Numbered from the stretch's first letter, positions 44,855-54,187 are shown. The stretch is DNA of 64,000 nucleotides from Candidatus Woesearchaeota archaeon (GCA_014729505.1 WJJS01000001.1:12938-76937), one strand, 5' to 3'. Program-made: numbers and translations. Notes: generated from the sequence alone by a model not told the origin.

Positions 44855-45369
44855 TTGATTTTTCGCGAGTACCGGATCTGGCACGAGATCCATCGTACTC
44901 CTTTTTACTTCTCACGACACAACAGTCATCACTGCAACTTCCAAAACAACGTACCGCATATCTAGGACTACTCATTCCAGTAACAGGAAATGCCATACGC
45001 GTTGAAGAAACACTCGTCGGTATTTTATACCTGGGGCCAGAAGACGTGCGCATCAAAAAACTCTTACCATCAAACGAAAAAGAAGAACAACAACTGCAGG
45101 AAATAACACACGCCATAGAAGAAACACTAAACGAAAACAAGACGTTAACTATACCACAGGACCTGCTGCTTTTTCTCACAACACAAGAAGCACAAGCAGG
45201 ATATCCTATGAACCGAGTAGGAGAAGAACTACAGTACGAAGGGACGTTTCCTACGAGATTATGGTACGTGGCAAAAGAAGAAAAAAATCCGCCAGTATAC
45301 ATAGCCATACAAAGCACCATTGGTGGAGAATACGTAGGAATATTTATTGCAACGCGACCACGAACCTAG
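44851..45369 (+). CDS. Hypothetical protein
   Basis: 172 aa from the ATG at 44851. The track's longer version overlaps the preceding small gene. Confidence 0.4.
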   Translation: MIDFSRVPDLARDPSYSFLLLTTQQSSLQLPKQRTAYLGLLIPVTGNAIRVEETLVGILYLGPEDVRIKKLLPSNEKEEQQLQEITHAIEETLNENKTLTIPQDLLLFLTTQEAQAGYPMNRVGEELQYEGTFPTRLWYVAKEEKNPPVYIAIQSTIGGEYVGIFIATRPRT

Positions 45370-45794
45370 AGAAAACGCGTAATACGATCAATCAAACGCT
45401 TCATAACCTTCTCAGAAAGAACACGATTACTCTCCTTAGGCAAACCCTTGAACTGTTCATCAACAAAAGATTCACCTTCAAAAGACACTTCATTCTTATA
45501 GCGAGGAATAATATGAAAATGAAAATGACGCACACTATTGTTAGTCTGCATGTAATTAAACCAATCAGGATGAAACGCTTGTTGTAACGCAGATTCAATC
45601 CTTTTAAGAATGCGAAACGCTTCAATCAGCTCTTCTTCACAAAGAGAAGTGAACCCTTCCTTATGCTCCTTATGAACCAAAACACTAGCCCCGGGAAGAA
45701 ACTGACTAAGATTTAAACGAAACACCCAATTACCAAAATCCTTGACAAAAGTAATATCTTGCTTGTTTCTCAATTGACAAAAGATGCAGGTCAT
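45366..45794 (-). CDS. HIT-family protein
   Basis: MTCIFCQL and histidine triad HFHFHIIPRY. Start set at the ATG at 45794. Confidence 0.8.
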   Translation of the reverse strand: MTCIFCQLRNKQDITFVKDFGNWVFRLNLSQFLPGASVLVHKEHKEGFTSLCEEELIEAFRILKRIESALQQAFHPDWFNYMQTNNSVRHFHFHIIPRYKNEVSFEGESFVDEQFKGLPKESNRVLSEKVMKRLIDRITRFL

Positions 45795-46024
45795 GGGATA
45801 GTAGAAAGAGAAAAACAATAAATAAGTTTTGAATTCATTTTAGCGCAGTAGTACCTATGAGATCTACTTCCATATACAATTCTTCCTGTCTACCGATTAC
45901 AGAAATCGTCTTTTTCTCTATACTACTCATTTTGCTACAGTACTGCCAATGCAGGACTACTTTCGAAAGCCCAAGGTATGTTCAACGGGATTGCAGTACT
46001 AACGTTATTATCGTTGAATAAGAA

Positions 46025-46106
46025 TCCCCGCCCCCGGACTCAGCGTTAACCTGCGGTTAACTGGCTGCAGAAAACACTTCGTGTTTTTGCAGTGAACCAG
46101 GAACCT
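46025..46106 (-). repeat. Partial second copy of the tRNA-Tyr 3' portion (variable loop to 3' end) with a 52-nt insertion in the T loop
   Basis: Minus strand reads AGGTTCCTGGTTCA[52 nt, two hairpins]AGTCCGGGGGCGGGGA. It is preceded by TGAACCAGG, the reverse complement of the T arm. Confidence 0.65.
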
Positions 46107-46145
46107 GGTTCAAGCCTTGTAAGATATTGTTTCCAAAAAGAAAAG

Positions 46146-46269
46146 TCCCCGCCCCCGGACTTGAACCAGGAACCTCGCGGTGACGGCTGACTCGCCTTCA
46201 CGTCTCGAGCGTTGCTCGGAATCAGTTGAGTTTCTACAGCCGCGCGCTCTACCATTGAGCTAGGCGGGG
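46146..46269 (-). tRNA. tRNA-Tyr (anticodon GTA) with a 52-nt canonical intron
   Basis: Acceptor CCCCGCC/GGCGGGG (the C1:G72 archaeal Tyr identity pair), anticodon arm CGCGG-CTGTAG[52]A-CCGCG, T arm CCTGG-TTCAAGT-CCGGG, discriminator A. Confidence 0.85.
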
Positions 46270-46346
46270 ATAGACGAGAAAAAAAACTACGGGGTTTAAA
46301 AGGGTTTTGGACGAAAAGACATAAATATCCCTTGCTTTGAGCCTTT

Positions 46347-46664
46347 TTGATCATGACACCTCTCGATTATCTGGCAGTCTTTGAAGAACTTCGACGATAC
46401 GACGATGATCTTCCTAATAGAGAATTTGATGACTGGCATCCGTCATGGCCCAAACTGAAAGGCAGAGGCAATTCAATAGTGGGGTTACTACTCTATTTGC
46501 ATTTAGGACAAAGGCAGGGTTTGTTTGGAGATGAAGTAGAAGGTTGCCTTAGGCACGAATGGAGTGTGAAATCAGGACGTTATACGACGCCAGAAGAGAT
46601 AAAGTTGATCAACAGAACCTTAGACTATGTTATAGAGTATCTGCGAGAAACTACTTCACGATAA
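46347..46664 (+). CDS. Hypothetical protein
   Basis: 105-aa ORF (TTG start; ATG at 46353). Confidence 0.4.
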   Translation: MIMTPLDYLAVFEELRRYDDDLPNREFDDWHPSWPKLKGRGNSIVGLLLYLHLGQRQGLFGDEVEGCLRHEWSVKSGRYTTPEEIKLINRTLDYVIEYLRETTSR

Positions 46665-48057
46665 ACTGCGCTTTATTTGACTGTACAGAGCCCTTCTTGT
46701 CACCAGCACTGAAATGAACAATGATAGGATCGAGCGTGATTGTTCCAATCATTTGCACACGACTGCGAATCTTATACGTGACAAAGACTTCTTGACGACC
46801 TTCAACATTTTTGAATTCCCACTTAATACGAGTGCCAAGCGTGTCATGAGTGGACTTACTCTTCAAGGTCGCAACAGCAGAGGGTTTAACATGTCCAGGA
46901 CCGAATTCGCTTAGCACTTCAAAGACCTTTGGCACTTTTTCCACCAAGGAAATATCAACAGGAGAACGCGATCTATTGCGCACCTGTACATGAATAGAGA
47001 GCTCCTTACCACCATGATGGCGACGAATATTCTTCTTGACGACAACAGGAGCGCGAAACATATAATACGCTCCAAGCGCCAGTAACGCGATAATAATGAA
47101 AATAAGAATAGGCCAGTAATTTTTTGAGACCACAATAGTCTTGGATTCTTCAGGATCTAACTGAACAGTCCACACATACACACCGTCTTCTCGCTCAACT
47201 GAAGGCTCAGTCGATGAAAATAAGTTATCAAACCAGCTAACATCAAAACGATACGTATGACGCTTCACATCATTACCATTGTTTGTAAGCGTCACCACAT
47301 CGCGTGTTCGCAAAAATGATGAAGAGGATTGCAACTCTTCGGCTACCTCGCCGTATTCTGCCACTCTAAAAGCAACAGGCGAAGCTTCCATGCGAATCGT
47401 ACGATTCTCGTGTTCAGTAACCAGTGTTGCGCGCAGTTCATCCTCTTGAGGACGAAGGTCAGGATCGAGATCTGCAGTAAACGTGACTGTTTTTGTCTCG
47501 TCAGGACCCAACGTTACCGCGTGCTGGGCATTAATCAAATTACTGCGCACGTACAAGGTCATTTCAGTGATGTTACGTGGGTTCAAGTTTTCCATTTCAA
47601 GAGAATATGTTATGGGTTGTCGAGGATCAACAGACTCGGCAATATGTACTGTGGAACGCACTGAAGGCGTATACAAACGAGGAGTATCCACTAGCGGTTT
47701 CAAACCGACTAGAGGAGTCTCTTTTTTGACAACGCCAAATTGTCGGGCACTAAACGTGATAGGAATAAGATAAAATGCAGGATCATCAACATGCACTTGA
47801 CGAATACGCAATTTTGTAGTTAAACCCTGCGGCGGAACCCGAAGAACGTCTTTTGTAGAGACATCCCAGCGAATGTCAAGGGTGTACATAGTAATATAGA
47901 CCGTTTCACTCGAGTCATGAGTAATAGTCATATCAAATTCTGCAGTTTCATTCATGCGGATCGAGCGTTCATCAGGAGAAATCTGCACATCAAAAGAAAA
48001 CGCAGCAACACCAAACGCGCACAACAACAAGATGACCAATACAGTAATTCGTTTCAC
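46651..48057 (-). CDS. Secreted/membrane protein, unknown function
   Basis: 468-aa ORF with a signal peptide (MKRITVLVILLLCAFGVAA), a beta-rich ectodomain, one TM helix (ILIFIIIALLALGAYYMF) and a C-terminal beta-rich domain. Confidence 0.55.
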   Translation of the reverse strand: MKRITVLVILLLCAFGVAAFSFDVQISPDERSIRMNETAEFDMTITHDSSETVYITMYTLDIRWDVSTKDVLRVPPQGLTTKLRIRQVHVDDPAFYLIPITFSARQFGVVKKETPLVGLKPLVDTPRLYTPSVRSTVHIAESVDPRQPITYSLEMENLNPRNITEMTLYVRSNLINAQHAVTLGPDETKTVTFTADLDPDLRPQEDELRATLVTEHENRTIRMEASPVAFRVAEYGEVAEELQSSSSFLRTRDVVTLTNNGNDVKRHTYRFDVSWFDNLFSSTEPSVEREDGVYVWTVQLDPEESKTIVVSKNYWPILIFIIIALLALGAYYMFRAPVVVKKNIRRHHGGKELSIHVQVRNRSRSPVDISLVEKVPKVFEVLSEFGPGHVKPSAVATLKSKSTHDTLGTRIKWEFKNVEGRQEVFVTYKIRSRVQMIGTITLDPIIVHFSAGDKKGSVQSNKAQFIVK

Positions 48058-48106
48058 AAGACTACCTCTTTACTGTTAGGTACATGATTCATTTATATAA
48101 ACATTT

Positions 48107-50149
48107 CTACTGTAAGCGACTGACATTCTCATATTTCGAGATGGACACTACATGATCTGCAAAACTCTCAATCTTTCGCTCATGACTTACAATAATTACT
48201 TGGTCAAGCTCAAGAGAGTCAAGGACCTCGCGCAAACGATCAAGCTGCTGGGACGAAAAACCATCGGTGGGCTCGTCAAGAATCAGCACATCCCTCGTCT
48301 TAATAGTAGTAATCAAGTTATTAATGACCTTAGTTAGCGCAAGACGATACGCGAGCGCACAAGCGGTACGCTCACCGCCACTCAAATTATCAATCGTTGT
48401 CTCATAACCATTTTGCTCAATAATAGGTGTGAACTCATCATCAAGACGTGCAGAAAACAAATCATCATCAACAAGAGCCGCAAACCACTCGGCAAACAAA
48501 TCATTAAAATTGTGATAAATACGCGCTAACACCTGCTTTTCAATATCCTGCATGAGCGGAATAAAATAACGCGACAACCAGTCACGCGTTTGAGAAACAT
48601 AACGCATCTTCTTTTGAGCCTTCACCTTTTCCTCGATCTCCTTATCAAGCGAATCAATTGTTTGAGAGAGAAGATCAGCTCGCTGAGCAAGCGCCGCAAC
48701 ACGCGCATGCAATTCCTGAAACGCACTAAGAGCAGTATCAAGACGTTTTTTCACCTCCTGCATCGCTTCAGGAACACCAGGAGTAATACGTTGACGCAAA
48801 AGTGCCAGTTCGTTCTTATGATCTTTTTCCAAGGTCATGAACTTCTCCAAGCGGGACTTCAATGTGAGAAGTTCCTTTTCTTGCTCTTGGCGCTGCGCAA
48901 CCTTTGCACGAACTTGCGCTTGAGCCTTTTCCTTTTCAAACATTTCTTGCAGCGCGGACCGAATATCCGAACACCTTTTTTCCAACTGTTCTTTTTGCTC
49001 CTTTTGCGACAATATCTTATCCTGCATACGCTGCAATTTTTGAGACTCCCGCTCAGCAATATTTTGCTTATGCTCTACAGACACGTTCTGCAAACAAGTC
49101 GGGCACTGAGACAAATTATTAATCGCCTGCTTCAACTCCTCGCTCTGCGAGATATGAGTACTACACACGGTGAGTCGCTCACGCACAGATGTTAATTCCT
49201 GCTCGACACTCTTTTGCTCCTCTTCGATCTTTTTGCGCTGCTCAGCAAGCTTCTCCTCGGTCAAGTGAGGCTCCAAAGGCACAGACACTGCCTGTGTCAA
49301 CACCGCGATACGAGAACGAAGATCCTCAGAAAATTGCGAAGTCTGAACGCATTTCTCTTCGAGAAGACGAATTTTTGTAATAAGTTCTTGTTGTTCTTTT
49401 GCAACGCGTTCCCTTTCTGCCACTTCCTTTTTTATCGTCTCAACCACTTGAAACGCAGAATCCTTTTGCGCCTTGACATCACGAAGCGATGCGATAGTGT
49501 GCGCATGATCCTTCTTCTTTTCTTGGAGTCCTTGTTGTTTTACAACAATATCCTTTGTAAACCCTTCAAGGTTGCGCTGCTTGTCACGAAGCGTGCGCAG
49601 GTAAGGCTGCGCATTATCACAAATACGCTTATACTTGTCAATATCAAAGATCTTTCGAAGCACATTAATCCTTGTCTCAGCACTCTCAGTCAAAATCCGC
49701 TTCATCTGCTCTTGAGGAGTATAAACCGTATACCGGTAAATCAACGTTTTACTCTTTGTCAGCATATCTTGAGGGTAGCCAAGCAAGTCAAGAATGCGCA
49801 CCTTGAGTTCAGTAGGAGTCAAATTATGCACGACACCATCAATAATAAGCACGCCTTCATCTTGATCAACAGTTCCTCGAGACGCTTTTAGAGATCGCTT
49901 GATAAACACATGCTGACCGTTCACGTTGAACTCGAGCGTCACAGATCCCTTTTTTGTACCATGACGAAGCAAAGCATTACCTGATAACATACCCCGAAGA
50001 ATGCCAAACAATGAAAACTCAATTGCGAGAAGAACCGTAGATTTGCCAGCACCAATATCGCCCTGCAACAATACCTTTCCTTGAGAAAATGATAACTTCT
50101 CATTAACATAAGAACGGATATTTTCCAGTTGTAAAGAGAGCAATCGCAT
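48107..50149 (-). CDS. rad50: Rad50-like SMC ATPase with CxxC zinc hook
   Basis: MRLLSLQLENIRSY, Walker A GDIGAGKST, hook SQCPTCLQ in the middle of the coiled coil, signature LSGGERTACALAYRLAL, Walker B VLILDEPTDGF. Start trimmed to the ATG at 50149. Confidence 0.85.
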   Translation of the reverse strand: MRLLSLQLENIRSYVNEKLSFSQGKVLLQGDIGAGKSTVLLAIEFSLFGILRGMLSGNALLRHGTKKGSVTLEFNVNGQHVFIKRSLKASRGTVDQDEGVLIIDGVVHNLTPTELKVRILDLLGYPQDMLTKSKTLIYRYTVYTPQEQMKRILTESAETRINVLRKIFDIDKYKRICDNAQPYLRTLRDKQRNLEGFTKDIVVKQQGLQEKKKDHAHTIASLRDVKAQKDSAFQVVETIKKEVAERERVAKEQQELITKIRLLEEKCVQTSQFSEDLRSRIAVLTQAVSVPLEPHLTEEKLAEQRKKIEEEQKSVEQELTSVRERLTVCSTHISQSEELKQAINNLSQCPTCLQNVSVEHKQNIAERESQKLQRMQDKILSQKEQKEQLEKRCSDIRSALQEMFEKEKAQAQVRAKVAQRQEQEKELLTLKSRLEKFMTLEKDHKNELALLRQRITPGVPEAMQEVKKRLDTALSAFQELHARVAALAQRADLLSQTIDSLDKEIEEKVKAQKKMRYVSQTRDWLSRYFIPLMQDIEKQVLARIYHNFNDLFAEWFAALVDDDLFSARLDDEFTPIIEQNGYETTIDNLSGGERTACALAYRLALTKVINNLITTIKTRDVLILDEPTDGFSSQQLDRLREVLDSLELDQVIIVSHERKIESFADHVVSISKYENVSRLQ

Positions 50150-50195
50150 AGTAAGAGGAAGAGGCAAAAGAGTATATAAGCACTGTTGGCGAGAA

Positions 50196-51122
50196 CTATA
50201 TATCTTTTGGCACCACAAACTGTCTATGGTGTTCAAGAGCAGTAATGAAGCGTTTTATTCTGTCAATACTAAGGTCTGATTGTCCAAACTGTCGACGAAG
50301 AGTCACCGACAAGACCGTGCCGCGCTCGTAACGACAGGTACTAGTATCAGTGAAAAAATAGTACTTGCCGTTAATCTTTTTTAGAGCGATAAGATGATGA
50401 TGTGCGCCATCCTTACAAAGCCATATCGGTCTTTTATGATTAAGATCAGAATACCACTGCGTAATTGAATCAACAACAACGTCGAGCTTCACTTTTTGAA
50501 CCTGTTGCAGGGTCTTAAAGAATTTTGGAGCGTGCTTTCTAATAGCTGCACGATTTCTTGTGTTCATGGCCCTAGAAAGAGCACAGGCAGCAGAACAAGG
50601 AGTGTGAGAGATAAAAGGAAATTTTCTCATCAGTTTCTCACGACGGGAAAAATACTCGTAATACGAATATTTCTTTTCAAGATACTTCTCTTCTTGCTCA
50701 CGAATAAACTCCCGAACACAACAAGCAGGATACCCATACAGTTTGCCAGCAATTTTATGAGCTGCTGTTTGACGGCCGCGCTTTATTTCAGACAAATAGT
50801 TCTCAAAAAGCTTTTTCTGCTTTTTTGAAGAAAAAACGTCAAAACCGTACCACGTACCTGCCATTTCCCACTCAATAATATTCTTATGAATACGCGCAAT
50901 CTGTTCAAACGATTTAGGATGGCTCACAGAGAAAAGACAGTTATTTTCCTGCAGATGAAACTGGAAATGCCTGCGCTCATCCAAAGTTGTGGGCGTGATA
51001 CGAAACTGAAGATAGGTAGCAGGCTTTAAACCTGCGGCAAAAAGAAGCAAACGCATACGCGCAGCAGTATCAAGGGCAGGCGTATCCTCTGCAAAGTCAA
51101 GAAACCTCCTCTTTTTATCCAT
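50196..51122 (-). CDS. Cys-motif protein (GYPACC...HTPCSAAC; resembles the archaeal DUF483-type domain)
   Basis: 308-aa ORF ending 46 nt upstream of the rad50 start on the same strand. The family assignment is from memory of the GYPxCC motif only. Confidence 0.4.
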   Translation of the reverse strand: MDKKRRFLDFAEDTPALDTAARMRLLLFAAGLKPATYLQFRITPTTLDERRHFQFHLQENNCLFSVSHPKSFEQIARIHKNIIEWEMAGTWYGFDVFSSKKQKKLFENYLSEIKRGRQTAAHKIAGKLYGYPACCVREFIREQEEKYLEKKYSYYEYFSRREKLMRKFPFISHTPCSAACALSRAMNTRNRAAIRKHAPKFFKTLQQVQKVKLDVVVDSITQWYSDLNHKRPIWLCKDGAHHHLIALKKINGKYYFFTDTSTCRYERGTVLSVTLRRQFGQSDLSIDRIKRFITALEHHRQFVVPKDI

Positions 51123-51199
51123 GATCAGTGGTACGACAACGCAGTATATATTTGTTTTGGACCAAAAAGTTTAAGAATCCATTAAAAATCAATTGTCAC

Positions 51200-52063
51200 A
51201 TGAAATTTCTCGCCATCGGTGATCTGCACGGCGCCATACCAAAGATTCACTTCAAGAATTTTCAGGCGGTTATTGCGCCAGGAGACTTTTGTTCAGATGC
51301 ACCACGACAATACATGTTTCAAGCATTACAATATAATTTGTCACATCCCACAAAAAAAGAAAAACAATGGTATGATATTGTAGGCAAACGCAAAGCAAAA
51401 GCAATGATTGAACAAAGCCTTGCAGACGGCAGAGTCATAGTAGAACGACTCAACGCTCTGAACGTACCTGTATATGTCGTACCAGGAAACTGGGACTGGA
51501 CACCAAAAGATGACAGCGATTGGCATTATTACAGAAAGCATCACTGGACAGCACTTCTTGAAGGATTAGAAAATATAATCGATTGCCATCATCGCCTCGT
51601 CGATGCAGGAACATTTGATATCATAGGACACGGCATTATTTCAGGACCGGAATATCCGCAACACAAAAAAGATCAACAACAACTCACTGCAAAACAACGA
51701 AAAGAAAAACGACGCGAGTACGACAGACAATATCGCAAACTGGACCGTTTATTTCAGCAATCACAAAAACCAGTACTTTTTATTTCTCACAATGTGCCTT
51801 ATGGCACGCCATTTGACAAGATCAACAATCCGTCCTCGCCACGAGACGGAGAACACGTAGGGTCAGTACTTGCAAGAAGAATGAGTCTCAAATATTCGCC
51901 GCTGCTAGGCATCGCAGGACACATGCACGAATATTTTGGCAAGTGCAGACTTGGAAAAACAACGTGGATTGATACCGGTTTTGGCTCAGATGTCAATGTA
52001 GCAATTGACGCAGCACCGCGAAAAATCCGTAAGATAGTTTTCAAAGGGAACACTGCAGTATAA
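51200..52063 (+). CDS. Calcineurin-like metallophosphoesterase
   Basis: AIGDLHG, APGDFCSD, VVPGNWDW, GHGII and IAGHMHEY. It is divergent from the rad50 operon and lacks the Mre11-specific GNHD motif. Confidence 0.65.
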   Translation: MKFLAIGDLHGAIPKIHFKNFQAVIAPGDFCSDAPRQYMFQALQYNLSHPTKKEKQWYDIVGKRKAKAMIEQSLADGRVIVERLNALNVPVYVVPGNWDWTPKDDSDWHYYRKHHWTALLEGLENIIDCHHRLVDAGTFDIIGHGIISGPEYPQHKKDQQQLTAKQRKEKRREYDRQYRKLDRLFQQSQKPVLFISHNVPYGTPFDKINNPSSPRDGEHVGSVLARRMSLKYSPLLGIAGHMHEYFGKCRLGKTTWIDTGFGSDVNVAIDAAPRKIRKIVFKGNTAV

Positions 52064-52132
52064 AACGCCCCAACTTTTTTATAGATCCAGACCTCCAAAG
52101 AAAAATAAGATAAAAAAACACAGGTGAAGCTA

Positions 52133-52525
52133 ATGAAACTCGATAAGAAACACGAAATTGCACTTCAAGAAGTCGCAGACGCGCATTTTGCTCTTCAACA
52201 GCGATTAAACGAAATCGTCTTTTTAGAAGGTGCAAAACTCTTTGAACCAATAAAAGACATGAGTCTTGATCCGGGCGACATCGTCAAGATTGAAAACCAA
52301 CTCTTTAAACTCCTCGAACAGTACCCTGAATTCAACGGATACCTTGATGCAAGAAAAAAAGCACTGCCCGCCATGCTCGATTTAATGACTAAAATGAAAA
52401 AGGCAAAAAAAGACGATTGGAAACAACTTGTCGAGACAGAACTGGGATTGGAGATTTCTAAAGGAGTACGACTCATGGCAAGCAAAATGGGCATCTCCTA
52501 CGGTTCAAAAGTGTACATCCAGTGA
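52133..52525 (+). CDS. Hypothetical helical protein
   Basis: ORF 52124-52525 (GTG start); the first ATG is at 52133. Confidence 0.4.
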   Translation: MKLDKKHEIALQEVADAHFALQQRLNEIVFLEGAKLFEPIKDMSLDPGDIVKIENQLFKLLEQYPEFNGYLDARKKALPAMLDLMTKMKKAKKDDWKQLVETELGLEISKGVRLMASKMGISYGSKVYIQ

Positions 52526-53574
52526 AACGAATCGTAGTTGTTGGCGGCGGATTTGCAGGAGCATATATCTGCAAAAAACTCGAAAACGCATTCGATGTCA
52601 CACTCATCGATACAAAAAACTATTTCGAATTTACGCCTTCCATTCTGCGATGTTTAGTTGAACCAGACCATCTACGAAAAATACAAGCACTGCACAGAGA
52701 GTATCTTGCAAAAACCACTGTATTGCAGGACACGGTTATTTCCATACCTCAACTGGAATGCAAAAAAAACCGTGAAGTACGTACAAACTCACAAACGTAC
52801 GGTTACGATTATCTCGTACTCTGCACAGGATCATCGTATAGTCTGCCAATAAAAGACCGAGAAGTCATAGCGGCAACGAGAGCAGAAGAACTAACACGTT
52901 ATCATCGCAGGCTTGAAAAATCAAAAAGTGTTCTTGTCATTGGAGGAGGACTTGCAGGTGTTGAAATGGCAGCAGAACTCTGCACTGTCTTTGCAGATAA
53001 AGCAATTATTCTGGCAGACTCCCATAACGTCCTAATGAGTCGCGCACCAAAAAAAGCACAACAATACGCACAACGATTTTTAGAAAAATACGACGTAGAA
53101 CTTATCTTTGGAGAACGAGTAAAGGAACACAAAAAAGGAGCATTCATCTGTGAGAGCGGCCGCCGCATTAGCGCAGACTTTGCCATACTCTGTACAGGCA
53201 TCAAGCCAAACTTTGATTATCTAAAAGAACACAAAAAAGTGCTGAGCAAACGAAAATATGTCAACGTCAAAGACACACTACAAATCAAAGGACACCCATG
53301 TATTTTTGCAGCAGGCGATATTACGGCAATAAAAGAAGAAAAAACAGCACAAAACGCAGAAGAACACGCAAAAATTGTGGTCAAAAATATTATGAACCTG
53401 GAAAAAGGCGAAACATTACAGCACTACGAGTCCAAGAAGCGCACAATGGTCATCAGTCTTGGAAAACATAATGGAATACTGATCAAGAAAAAATGCGTCT
53501 GGACAGGACTACTGCCAGGACTTCTCAAACGAGCAATAGAGAAAAAAACAATGTGGCGTTATCGATATTTGTAG
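52522..53574 (+). CDS. FAD/NAD(P)-dependent oxidoreductase (NDH-2/AIF-like)
   Basis: RIVVVGGGFAGAY, VLVIGGGLAGVEMAAEL and FAAGDITAI. Confidence 0.75.
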   Translation: MKRIVVVGGGFAGAYICKKLENAFDVTLIDTKNYFEFTPSILRCLVEPDHLRKIQALHREYLAKTTVLQDTVISIPQLECKKNREVRTNSQTYGYDYLVLCTGSSYSLPIKDREVIAATRAEELTRYHRRLEKSKSVLVIGGGLAGVEMAAELCTVFADKAIILADSHNVLMSRAPKKAQQYAQRFLEKYDVELIFGERVKEHKKGAFICESGRRISADFAILCTGIKPNFDYLKEHKKVLSKRKYVNVKDTLQIKGHPCIFAAGDITAIKEEKTAQNAEEHAKIVVKNIMNLEKGETLQHYESKKRTMVISLGKHNGILIKKKCVWTGLLPGLLKRAIEKKTMWRYRYL

Positions 53575-53901
53575 TAACAGTAGTTTTTTTTTTCGAGAAT
53601 ACAGGTTGTTGCGTTACAGGTTATACCTCAAGCCAGTACCAGAATTTTCTACCGTAGCGCTTATCGCAGCCCTGATGGTAGTTGTTGGAGGTTTCTTGAT
53701 AGTAAGGCGGCAAGCTTAAGGATTTTGGCCTAATCCGCTCAATTTTGGCCCGTTATCACCAACTAGGCCTTAAAAAGGGTAAGATTTATAAACCCCCTCA
53801 AGTTTTTTTGGAAAAAATGGCGGGTAGACATAATTCTCACTGAACTGCAAACTATGTGAGTGAGACGTCTATCACACGTGAGGAGTCATAATGACCCTTG
53901 C

Positions 53902-54025
53902 GCCCTGGTAGTGTAGTGGCCTATCATGAAGCCCTGTCGAGACGAAAACCGTCGCATAAAGGCTTCGACCCGGGTTCAAAGACGGCGTCGGGTTAACCGA
54001 TCCGCTGAAATTCCCGGCCAGGGCG
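53902..54025 (+). tRNA. tRNA-Asp (anticodon GTC) with two introns: 20 nt at 37/38 and 31 nt in the T loop (about 59/60)
   Basis: Acceptor GCCCTGG/CCAGGGC, anticodon arm AAGCC-CTGTCG[20]A-GGCTT, T arm CCGGG-TTCAAA[31]T-CCCGG, discriminator G. Exons sum to 73 nt. Confidence 0.8.
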
Positions 54026-54063
54026 TGTGCTCAGCATCCAGCATGCTGGGAGTATACAACAAA

Positions 54064-54179
54064 GGGCCGGTAGCTCAGCCTGGTAGAGCACCTGACTTTT
54101 ATGAAAGTCAAGGACATCAGGTGGTCGCGAGTTCAAAACGATCCCGCGTATGCGGTTCGTGAACGTCTCGTCCGGCCCA
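54064..54179 (+). tRNA. tRNA-Lys (anticodon TTT) with two introns: 14 nt at 37/38 and 28 nt in the T loop (about 59/60)
   Basis: Acceptor GGGCCGG/CCGGCCC, anticodon arm CCTGA-CTTTTA[14]A-TCAGG, T arm GCGAG-TTCAAA[28]T-CTCGT, discriminator A. Exons sum to 74 nt. Confidence 0.8.
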
Positions 54180-54187
54180 TTTTTACT

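Noticed and set aside
53606-53719. A short frame encoding a C-terminal TM-anchor-like peptide (...STVALIAALMVVVGGFLIVRRQA) in the NDH-2/tRNA-Asp spacer.
   Set aside because: It has only TTG start candidates, is about 36 codons long, and has no upstream domain. At best it is a remnant of a surface-protein gene and is not supportable as a feature.
53785-53901. A TTTATAAA box 110 nt upstream of tRNA-Asp and hairpins in the intervening leader, considered as a possible small RNA.
   Set aside because: I could not identify C/D, H/ACA or other defining boxes, and the evidence is limited to an A/T-rich box and generic hairpins.
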